A stretch of 64,000 nt of DNA from positions 10,044,001-10,108,000 of the forward strand of contig OZ024740.1 of NCBI GenBank assembly GCA_964016885.1, read 5' to 3'. Of the stretch, positions 53,021-64,000 are shown in pieces. The position numbers and the translations under genes are program-made. Source of the stretch: Eledone cirrhosa. Taxonomy: Eukaryota. Under the pieces are notes generated by a model. It worked only from the letters and a program-made list of their open reading frames with translations. It was not told the origin of the DNA and made no database searches. Each line of letters begins with the position of its first letter. The stretch's first letter is position 1.

Positions 53021-53075
53021 ACTGCTATATATATTTCAGTGACAGCCATCTTTGGCTGTGACCTCTTCAGGCAGT
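53021..53075 (-). ncRNA. Type I hammerhead ribozyme, single copy in this window
   Basis: ACTGC-CTGAAGA-GGTCACAGCCA-aaga-TGGCTGTCACT-GAAA-TATAT-ATA-GCAGT, with palindromic stem III. Confidence 0.8.
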
Positions 53076-53459
53076 TTGAATTAGTATGGTATAGACAAGT
53101 ACATATGTTGTTTAGGTGTATGATATTGTCAATACTCTGATATGCCCAGTTCCTTGTTGGGTTGTTAATTCACTGGGGAACTGGAGTCATATATATATTG
53201 TTTTAACGGAGAGAGTAACATTTTACAGATGCTGAAAAACTAGAAAATTGAGCACAGAAACCACTGACTAAAGTATCAGAGACAGTTGATTGGCTCCATC
53301 TATCAAATTATTTTTTTTAATCTTTTCTGCTTTTGTTTTCATTTGATTTTTTGTTTATTAATTGCAGCATCCTACCTTTCTAGTAGCAACCCTTTCCTAT
53401 TTCAGGAAGTTGCTCCGCTTCTATTATTTTATCATAGAAACTTCACTATTGAAATAAAT

Positions 53460-53675
53460 AATTGTTTCTACTTTTGGCACAAGGCCACCAATTACCCAGT
53501 GCATTACTGGTACTTTATTTTATCGACCCCGTAAGGATGAAAGGCAAAGTTAACCTCGGCGGAATTTGAACTCAGAATGGCAAGGGCCGTAACTCTGTGC
53601 ATCAAAGCATAGTGCATGTAATGCACCAGTAATGTACTGGGTAATTGCTGGCCTTGTGCCAAAAGTAGAAACAAT
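53460..53675. mobile_element. Head-to-head SINE pair inside one 13-bp TSD
   Basis: TATTGAAATAAAT at 53447-53459 and 53676-53688. Both outer ends are SINE 3' ends. Confidence 0.8.
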
Positions 53676-53756
53676 TATTGAAATAAATGTTTCTAAGATG
53701 CTTTATAAACCCACATTTTTAGAAAAAAACAGGTATACATATGTAGTGTTTATGCA

Positions 53757-53803
<47 letters not shown>

Positions 53804-54320
53804 GTGAAAGATTGAAGAATAACATGGTCAGCTGTACAAAAAGTGTTTTATTTCAAGAATTAACAATTGTTTCATTGATCAGGTGAGTCTAAAGGCCGCT
53901 AATCTCTTGAAGTTGCGTCACTCGACCTTAAATACAGTGTTTACCTCTGATCAAATCATCGGAATACTGGACGTTTTATATATATGGCATTGGTATATAT
54001 AGGGATACAACGTACATTAAAACTATCCACAATACAGAATACTCACAACCTCTAACTGGATTACCTAAAACAATAACTGTATATATATACAGAGAGAGAG
54101 GTAAAATCCCAACTGTGGCGCCAAATGGTTCGGATTTTATCTATCTCTATATTCACTCTGCATCTCCCCATACATTGAGTACTCCAAAGATTAGTAAATA
54201 TAGAGGAAGAATCAACCCTCAATACTAGACATGTACTTTTTGGCCTTTTGAACTCAAAGAGCAAGAAAGAATACTCCAAAGCATTCTATTTGATATTCTA
54301 AGGATATTGTTGATTTGCTG

Positions 54321-54376
<56 letters not shown>

Positions 54377-54464
54377 AAAGTTCTATTTAAAATTGTTGGG
54401 ATACAACAAGTAAATATTTTTATAACTGATATAAAGCACTCGACAAGTATTTGGAGTAGATATA

Positions 54465-54625
54465 CGATATTAATAAATGGAAACTATATTTATAAAACCA
54501 TATTTATTTCATTATACATATTTCAGGGATACCAAATTAAATTATGGTATGCGTTCATCAGACAAAATACAATATATAACAGTTTTACAAATAAGCTTTG
54601 ACGTACCCTTTTAAAATGCAACCAT

Positions 54626-54630
<5 letters not shown>
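54465..54630 (-). mobile_element. Diverged family D pLTR with hammerhead core (54506-54568)
   Basis: CTGATGA..ATACCA/TGGTAT..GAAATATGTATA. Confidence 0.65.
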
Positions 54631-54672
<42 letters not shown>

Positions 54673-55201
54673 TATACATATAATAGTTGCATGAAGAGAC
54701 ATATCTCTATAGATAAAGACTAGCTGATAATTTACAGCTTTTCCCAAAATGTTGGTAAAAGCTACAAATCTTCAACTAGTCTTAAATGTTATCTTCACTT
54801 TGTAGCTAAGTGGAAACCTAAAGTCATACTCATTATTGAGTTGGCATCCAGTGCTATAGACATGACAGTCACCCTCGTGTAGGTCTTCTAAATAATAAAA
54901 GCACATAGTGATGGAGATATTAAACACAGCCAGTACATTCAATAAAGTGGATAAGCCATAGAAAACATGTCAAACAAAGGATTAGAAGGAATATTAAGCC
55001 GTACCATAGACAGTACAACCTCCCTAGTGTTGGTGATCTAGAGAATAAACAGATGTACCTAGTACACTCTGTACAATGGTTGTTAACATGAAGGGCTTTC
55101 AGTCATAGAAAGTACTAGTAAATACTTGACAACGTTTCTAGAGTTAGTACCATGATAAAATGTACTCTGTAAAGGTTCCATTTAAGTACTATATTAAACA
55201 A

Positions 55202-55231
<30 letters not shown>

Positions 55232-55232
<1 letters not shown>

Positions 55233-55424
55233 ACGAAGGAAATGTGGTAAGCAACCAGATGGACCATAACGCACCAAAGTACTCAATACTTAGTGTAGTA
55301 GAGTGGGTAATAGGATCGAGTAGGATCCCGACGGCTGAGCTCAAGCCGTTTCGACGGCTAATTCAGTCCAGAATTAGCCGTCGAAACGGCTTGAGCTCAG
55401 CCGTCGGGGTCCTACTCGTTCCTA
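55232..55424. mobile_element. Family A repeat with fold-back end
   Basis: Arms of ~55 bp around an AGTCCA loop, with (TA)n flanks. Confidence 0.8.
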
Positions 55425-55821
55425 TATATATATATATATATACACACACATGCTCGTATATGTATGTGTTGCAAGAGATATCAACATGAAAGGATCTGTT
55501 ATTTTTTAAGACATTTTTTCCAATTCCAACCCGCCTGTCCCTTCAATCTATCTTATTTTTCATTCTTTCTTGTGATGAAGGACTAGCATCTGAAATGTTC
55601 CTGCTATATCAAGCGTTAACCTAATATATCCCTTCCATATACTGTAGCGATTGTGTTGTTATTTCTGTTTACCTTTTACATACATACATACATATATATA
55701 TATATATACACACACACACATACATACACTTATATATATATATATATGCATATATATATGTATATCATCATGTATATATATGCATATATATATGTATATC
55801 ATCATATATATATATGCATAT

Positions 55822-55872
<51 letters not shown>

Positions 55873-56921
55873 TATACACACACGTACGTATGTGTGTGTG
55901 TAGATATTTGTATCCAGCTCATCACCATTTTAGGGATATATAATGGTGTTGATGGTGATTAGGATACCAATATATCAATATCTCTATATAAAGTTGTTGG
56001 CATTAGGAAAAGCATAGAAACCATGCCAAATATGGAGTCTAAATGCATGGTAAGGTCTCCCTGACCTCTATGGTCTCAGGTCATAACAACCCAGCTTGGA
56101 AAGTGAATGTCAAATGTTGTTGATATATGTTTACAAGGAGAGCTTTACATATATTGGCAGCTGCACTAAGATAGTGTTAATTATAATAACGATATCAAAG
56201 TATATACTATATTTTTATATACGATAAACATATGAAAGCTTTGCTATCGAAGAAAAACTATTTTTTCGTTATGAAAAAGCTTTATTTCTCTCTTTTCTTC
56301 TATGAACATGTCACAGATATATCAGTTGTCATTGAGAATTTCACACAACTGTTTCAAGATTCATTAATCTCTCATCAGCGACATCTATTTAACTGGATCT
56401 GACATGAAAATAGACTAGTGCCTATATAGATTTTTCATGATGACCGTTTGCTATTGATGCTCATATAGCATATAGAAGACATTAATTGGAAATGTTGATT
56501 TGCATATATTGTGAACTTGTTTGGTTCTAATTAATAGGCAGGAGCACTAAGATAGCGTAAAGCATAATAGAGGTGTATATGAAAACATATACTACTTGTC
56601 TACGTATAATAAATGTATGAGAGAAAAAATTATTTTTCTCTCTTTTACTCTATGAACATGTCACAGATGTCTCAGTAGTAGTCGAGAGTGCCAGACAGTG
56701 TTGTTTCAAGGTAAGAAAGAAAGGGTGGGGGGTGTGAATTGAAATCAAAAGAAGCATAAAAATAAAAAGATAAAGAAAAAATGGAGAACAAATGTAGTTG
56801 TAAAGCAGCTAAAAAGTTCCTGTTGGGGAATCTTTTCATTGACTCCAGGTACTCAAAGATCTTGTTTACATTTGGTATCTCCAATACTTGTAGTTCTTTA
56901 AAGATCAGCTTCAAAATGTCT

Positions 56922-57366
56922 TCTCTCCCCTCTCCTCCCCCCCCCCCCTCTCTCTCCCCCTCCCTCTCCCCCTCTCTCCCTCTCTCTCTCCCCCTCGCTC
57001 CCTCCCCCTCTCTCCCTCTCTCCCTTCCCATCTCTCCCCCTCTCCCCTCCTCTCCCCCTCTCCCTCCCCCTCTCTCCCATACTCTCCCCATCTCCCTCCC
57101 CATCTCCCCCACCCCCCCTCTCCCTTTTCTCCCCCCTCTCCCTCCCCTCTTTCCCCCCTTCTCTACCCCATCTCTCCCACATCTCTCCCCTCTCTCTGCC
57201 CCCTCTATCCCCCGCTCCCCCCTCTATCCCCCGCTCCCCCCTCTATCCCCCGCTCCCCCCTCTACCCCCGCCCCCTCTCTACCCCCCTCTCCCTCTCTAC
57301 CCCCGCCCCCTCTATCACCCCCGCCCCCTCTATCCCCACCTCTCTATCTCTCTCTCTCTCTCTCTC
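56922..57366. repeat. Polypyrimidine C/T tract (G-quadruplex/triplex-prone)
   Basis: Read directly from the sequence. The structural propensity is inference. Confidence 0.9.
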
Positions 57367-57890
57367 AGTAGTTTCTACACTGGAACCAATAGCACTATAG
57401 ATAGTCTGGTAAGTCTTCCAAAGAATGGAGAGGTGATTTGCTGTGGCCTGTTCATGTTAAAATCCAGTCCAATGGTATACAACTCGCTTCAAACCAGTTT
57501 CGTGTTTGTTTATTAATATTGCTCAGTGTCTCATATGTTTTAAATGTTGACAGATTTGCCTGAGAAGGTGGAGGAATCGAGATTTCAATATGTATATATG
57601 TATCTATCTATATATATAAAAATATATGTTGTATAAATATGTGTGTGAGTGAGAATGTACATGTGTTTGTGTGTGTATATATATATACATGCATATATAT
57701 ATATGTATATACCGTCTAACCCATGTTAGAGTGGAAGATGGACGTTAAACGATAATGATATATGCACATGTATACATGCATATATAGATATATGTATATA
57801 TATAGATATATGTATATATATATATATATATATTTTACTTTGGTGCTTTATGGTCCACCTGGTTCCTTACCACATTTCCTTCGTTATATA

Positions 57891-57950
<60 letters not shown>

Positions 57951-58116
57951 TGTCTCTAATGTTTGTTTCTCCCTTCCTTTTTTTCTTTTTATTTCCTTTC
58001 CTGTCTTTTATTAGATATTTACCTCAGACGATGGAAACAGTGATGGAAGCCATGGGGGAAGTTGGCTTTATTCAAATCCAATATAATGTTCTGTTTAGTA
58101 AATATAGTTCACCATA

Positions 58117-61100
58117 ATATAGTTTGTTACTACAGTACAGTTGACTAGACTCTATAGTTCAGTACAGTACAGTTGACTGTACTCTATAGTTTACTACAGT
58201 ACAGTTGACTGTACTGTATAGTTTACTACAGTACAGTTGACTAGACTCTATAGTTCAGTACAGTACAGTTGACTGTACTTTATAGTTTACTACAGTACAG
58301 TTGACTGTACTCTATAGTTTACTACAGTACAGTTGACTGTACTCTATATTTCAGTACAGTACAGTTGACTGTACTGTATAGTTTACTACAGTACAGTTGA
58401 CTAGACTCTATAGTTCAGTACAGTACAGTTGACTGTACTCTATAGTTTACTACAGTACAGTTGACTGTACTCTATAGTTTACTACAGTACAGTTGACTAG
58501 ACTCTATAGTTCAGTACAGTACAGTTGACTGTACTCTATAGTTTACTACAGTACAGTTGACTGTACTTTATAATTTACTACAGTACAGTTGACTAGACTC
58601 TATAGTTCAGTACAGTACAGTTGACTGTACTCTATAGTTTACTACAGTACAGTTGACTGTACTATATAGTTTACTACAGTACAGTTGACTGTACTATATA
58701 GTTTACTACAGTACAGTTGACTGTACTCTATAGTTCAGTACAGTACAGTTGACTGTACTCTATAGTTTACTACAGTACAGTTGACTGTACTATATAGTTT
58801 ACTACAGTACAGTTGACTGGACTCTATAGTTCAGTACAGTACAGTTGACTAGACTCTATAGTTCAGTATAGTACAGTTGACTGTACTGTATAGTTCAGTA
58901 CAGTACAGTTGACTGTACTATATAGTTCAGTACAGTACAGTTGACTGTACTATATAGTTCAGTATAGTACAGTTGACTGTACTATATAGTTCAGTACAGT
59001 ACAGTTGACTGTACTATATAGTTCAGTACAGTTGACTAGACTCTATAGTTCAGTACAGTACAATTGACTGTACTATATAGTTTACTACAGTACAGTTGAC
59101 TGTACTCTATAGTTTACTACAGTACAGTTGACTGTAATCTATAGTTCAGTACAGTACAGTTGACTGTACTCTATAGTTCAGTACAGTACAGTTGACTGTA
59201 ATCTATAGTTCAGTACAGTACAGTTGACTGTACTATATAGTTCAGTACAGTACAGTTGACTGTACTCTATAGTCTACTACAGTACAGTTGACTGTACTCT
59301 ATAGTTTACTACAGTACAGTTGACTGTACTATATAGTTTACTACAGTACAGTTGACTGTACTATATAGTTCAGTATAGTACAGTTGACTGTACTCTATAG
59401 TTTACTACAGTACAGTTGACTGTACTCTATAGTTCAGTACAGTACAGTTGACTGTACTCTATAGTTTACTACAGTACAGTTGACTGTACTATATAGTTCA
59501 GTATAGTACAGTTGACTGTAATCTATAGTTCAGTACAGTACAGTTGACTGTACTATATAGTTTACTACAGTACAGTTGACTGTACTATATAGTTCAGTAT
59601 AGTACAGTTGACTGTACTCTATAGTTTACTACAGTACAGTTGACTGTACTCTATAGTTCAGTACAGTACAGTTGACTGTACTCTATAGTTCAGTACAGTA
59701 CAGTTGACTGTACTCTATAGTTTACTACAGTACAGTTGACTGTACTCTATAGTTCAGTACAGTACAGTTGACTGTACTCTATAGTTTACTACAGTACAGT
59801 TGACTGTACTGTATAGTTCAGTACAGTACAGTTGACTGTACTATATAGTTTACTACAGTACAGTTGACTGTACTATATAGTTTACTACAGTACAGTTGAC
59901 TGTACTCTATAGTTTACTACAGTACAGTTGACTGTACTGTATAGTTCAGTACAGTACAGTTGACTGTACTATATAGTTTACTACAGTACAGTTGACTGTA
60001 CTGTATAGTTCAGTACAGTACAGTTGACTGTACTATATAGTTTACTACAGTACAGTACAGTTGACTGTACTATATAGTTTACTACAGTACAGTACAGTTG
60101 ACTGTACTATATAGTTTACTACAGTACAGTTAACTGTACTATATAGTTCAGTACAGTACAGTTGACTGTACTATATAGTTTACTACAGTACAGTTAACTG
60201 TACTATATAGTTCAGTACAGTACAGTTGACTGTACTATATAGTTCAGTATAGTACAGTTGACTGTACTATATAGTTTACTACAGTACAGTTGACTGTACT
60301 ATATAGTTTACTACAGTACAGTTGACTGTACTCTATAGTTCAGTACAGTACAGTTGACTGTACTATATAGTTTACTACAGTACAGTTGACTGTACTATAT
60401 AGTTTACTACAGTAGAGTTGACTGTACTATATAGTTTACTACAGTACAGTTGACTGTACTATATAGTTTACTACAGTACAGTTGACTGTACTCTATAGTT
60501 CAGTACAGTACAGTTGACTGTACTATATAGCTTACTACAGTTCAGTTGACTGTACTATATATTTTACTACAGTACAGTTGACTGTACTGTATAGTACAGT
60601 ACAGTTGACTGTACTGTATAGTACAGTACAGTACAGTTGACTGTACTATATAGTTCAGTATAGTACAGTTGACTGTACTATATAGTTTACTACAGTACAG
60701 TTGACTGTACTCTATAGTTCAGTACAGTACAGTTGACTGTACTCTATAGTTCAGTACAGTACAGTACAGTTGACTGTACAATATAGTTTACTACAGTACA
60801 GTTGACTGTACTCTATAGTTCAGTACAGTACAGTTGACTGTACTCTATAGTTCAGTACAGTACAGTTGACTGTATTGTATAGTTCAGTACAGTACAGTTG
60901 ACTGTACTATATAGTTCAGTACAGTACAGTTGACTGTACTATATAGTTTACTACAGTACAGTTGACTGTACTATATAGTTCAGTACAGTACAGTTGACTG
61001 TACTATATAGTTCAGTACAGTACAGTTGACTGTACTATATAGTTTACTACAGTACAGTTGACTGTATTGTATAGTTCAGTACAGTACACTGTAGTATATA

Positions 61101-61117
61101 GTTCAGTACAGTGTACT
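58117..61117. repeat. About 3-kb satellite of 32-bp units (TATAGTTYASTACAGTACAGTTGACTGTACTM), roughly 93 copies
   Basis: Period is 32 (TTGAC at 58141 and 58173). Internal hairpin AGTACAGT-TG-ACTGTACT. Confidence 0.97.
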
Positions 61118-61237
61118 GCGGTTTGGTGTAATATCGTTTCATAGTAAAACAAAGCCATGCACCAGTTAGTCCTAGAAATGTAGTGAAGCGAGATTTTGAA
61201 ATTTCATTCAAGTGAATAATAATCTGAATGGGGGAGG

Positions 61238-61792
61238 ACACAGACACATGCATACTCACATACACATGCATACTCACATACACACATACGCACACATACA
61301 CACACACATACACACACACATACACACATGCACACACATGCACACACACACATACACACATGCACACATACACACAGAGACACATATATATGAATACTCA
61401 CATACACACATACACACACACACATACACACACACATACACACAGACACACAGATACATGCATACAGACACACACACACGCACATGCATACACATGCATG
61501 CATACATACACACACATGCATACTCAGGCACATGCACACGCACGCACACACACACACTCTCACATATACTTACACACTATGTGCACATATACGCCCACAG
61601 GCAGATATACACACACACATATTCATGCATATATACGCATAGATATACACACACAAATGCAGACACATACACACACGTTACATATATATGCAGACATACT
61701 CACACAATTGCTACATACAAACACATATGCATACACACGCACACACACGCACACTCGCATATACACATGCACATACAGACACACACACATTC
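61238..61792. repeat. (CA/TA/CATG) compound microsatellite
   Basis: Read directly from the sequence. Confidence 0.9.
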
Positions 61793-62451
61793 ACAGAAGG
61801 AAACAAGACAAGAGCCCCCACCCTACTCTCTCTGCCAAAAAGACCAAAACAAACCCCTCCCCCACACACAATATATAAATTAATAACATAACAACAGCAT
61901 TATCAATAAACAGCCAAACAATGAGGGCGTCCTCTATGTGGTCTTTCAAATTGCTAGAAATAGAAGTACAGCCAACAATCATCCCCACCCTAACCCCATC
62001 ACCATTAAATAAAAATAGAGTTTCTACTTTTGGCACAAGACCAGCGAATACCCCAGTGCATCACTGGTACTTTATTTTATCGACCTCGTAATGTCTGACG
62101 CTCTACCGATACTGCCAATCCACCGCCCTAAATAAAAATAAAGGTACGTGGCTTAGTGATTAGAGGTTTGAGATTGACAATGATAAGTCTGCAAGTTTGA
62201 TTCCTGGATGTCTTTGAGCATGTTATTCTTTCTTCCAGGAGATGTAACCAACAGAAACATGCTTTCTTTGGTCCAATTGGACAAAGTCCACCCCACTTGA
62301 TAAATGAATGAAGTTTGATCTTGTTGATTGATTGGAAGACAAACTCCTTTAAAAAGGGTGAAAACTCATGGTAGACCAACATGCAAGCGATGTCTAGCAA
62401 GATGGTCATAACGGGAATACCTTTGATTATAGGTCTGTTCATTGTGAGCAG

Positions 62452-62880
62452 GGGAGGTGCATAGCCTAGTGGTAAGGGTGTTGGACTTATGATCATAATT
62501 GTTTCTACTTGTGGCACACGGCCAGCAATTATTCCAGTGTATTACTGGTACTTAGTTTATCGACCCCGTAAATATGAAAGGCAAAGTTAACCCCGGCGGG
62601 ATTTGAACTCAGACCGTAAAAGACCGTAACTCTATTCTGCAAAGACTTATAATCTTAATGATATGAGTTTGATTCCTCGACCAGGTTGTATGTTGTGTTC
62701 TTGAGCAAGACACTTCATTTCACATTGCACCAGTATACTCAGCTAAAAATAAGTATCAGCAGCAATAGTTGGGAGTTTAACCATGTGAGGGACTGGCATC
62801 CTGTCCAGGGGGGAGTCTTGAATATTCAGTCGCTTCACAACAAGGAGATCGAGATAAACACCAGCCTGATGAGCCTCCAA
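62452..62880 (+). mobile_element. tRNA-derived SINE interrupted by a nested minus-strand Meta-like SINE (62499-62643)
   Basis: Box A TAGCCTAGTGG precedes the insert and box B GTTTGATTCC follows it. Imperfect 15-bp TSD GACTTATGATCATAA / GACTTATAATCTTAA. Confidence 0.75.
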
Positions 62881-62986
62881 ACTCGAGACAAACTTTAGAC
62901 TTTAGAGATAGGGGTTGATATAATAAAGTTTCCCTTCTCTCAAAATTGCTGGTTTTATGCCTAAATTATAAATCATTATTTAATGG

Positions 62987-63103
62987 TCTGAGTTCAAATC
63001 TCGCCGAGGTTAACTTTGCCTTTCATCCTTACGGGGTCGATAAAATAAAGTACCAGTAGTACACTGAGATAATTGCTGACCTTGTGCCAAAAGTAGAAAC
63101 AAT
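62987..63103 (+). mobile_element. 5'-truncated Meta-like SINE (older copy follows at 63181-63275)
   Basis: Family match to the other copies. Confidence 0.78.
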
Positions 63104-63471
63104 TATTTAAGGGCAGTGGATTTTCAAAGTCAATAGAATTTCAGACAAATGCTTAGCAGTGTTTGTTCTCATTCTTCACATTCTGAGTTCAAATCCTGCC
63201 AATGCCACCATTGTCTTTCATCCTTCCAAGGGTGATAAAATAAAGTACCAGTCCAATACTGGGATCAATATAATCAACTTTTCCTTCCCCTAAATAGATA
63301 AACTTTATTTAGACTTTATTCTGGGCTGACAAGGGGCTAAACAAAACAACAGCACTACAGGGGAGGGGACATAAAAGACAGCCTATAAACAACAGCATTA
63401 ATGAAAAATCTAGTGATGTATTTTTTTTTTAGAGATTCTTTTGATGTCACCAGCAATGCAAAGATTATTTG

Positions 63472-64000
63472 CCACCACCACCACCACCATCAACACTACC
63501 ACCACCACCACCATCAACACTACCACCACCACCACCATCAACACTACCACCACCACCACCATCAACACTACCACCACCACCATCAACACCACCACCACCA
63601 CCATCAACACTACCACCACCACCACCATCAACACTACCACCACCACCATCAACACTACCACCACCACCACCATCAACACTACCACCACCACCACCATCAA
63701 CACTACCACCACCACCATCAACACCACCATCACCACCCCCATCAATACCACCACCACCATCAACACTACCACCACCACCATCAACACCACCACCATCAAT
63801 ACCACCACCACCATCAATACCACCACCACCATTAACACCACCACTACCACCACCACCACCACCACCACCATCAACACTACCACCACCATCAACACCACCA
63901 CCACCAACATCAACACTACCACCACCAACATCAACACTACCACCACCACCATCAACACCACCATCAACACCACCATCAACACAACCACCACCATCAACAC
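63472..64000. repeat. (CAC)n-CATCAACACTAC trinucleotide-based repeat
   Basis: Read directly from the sequence. Confidence 0.95.

Noticed and set aside
55570-55602. GTGATGAAGGA..TCTGAAATGTT hammerhead relic (similar relics near 47604 and 33840)
   Set aside because: The core is mutated and the stems are too weak to call.
56770-56921. Possible host exon (DILKLIFKELQVLEIPNVNKIFEYLESMKR, minus strand)
   Set aside because: It has no recognisable domain, no convincing splice sites and no partner exons.
63401-64000. His-rich protein
   Set aside because: It is a (CAC)n repeat with no splice or domain support.

Overview
This is AT-rich, microsatellite-dense animal DNA. The SINE and transposon complement resembles octopus/cephalopod genomes (inference). 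I found no supportable host protein-coding gene, and nearly all long ORFs are artefacts of simple repeats. The window contains five main things. (1) Many Penelope-like retroelement (PLE) fragments and pseudo-LTRs sit in (TA)n tracts. They carry at least seven sequence families of minimal type I hammerhead ribozymes, including a U3-A8 covariant core and a 483-bp tandem (retrozyme-like) pair. (2) There are non-LTR retrotransposon relics: CRE-like and R4/Dong-like elements with restriction-like endonucleases, RTE fragments, and a ~600-bp non-autonomous RTE derivative. (3) tRNA-derived SINEs are frequent. (4) DNA transposons include a decayed DD37D-type Tc1/mariner transposase, a hAT MITE and a non-autonomous Helitron. 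(5) There are two large satellites with internal dyad symmetry: a ~13-kb 24-bp array that appears to have grown out of the transposase coding sequence, and a ~3-kb 32-bp array. Coordinates were read by eye and boundaries may be off by a few bases.
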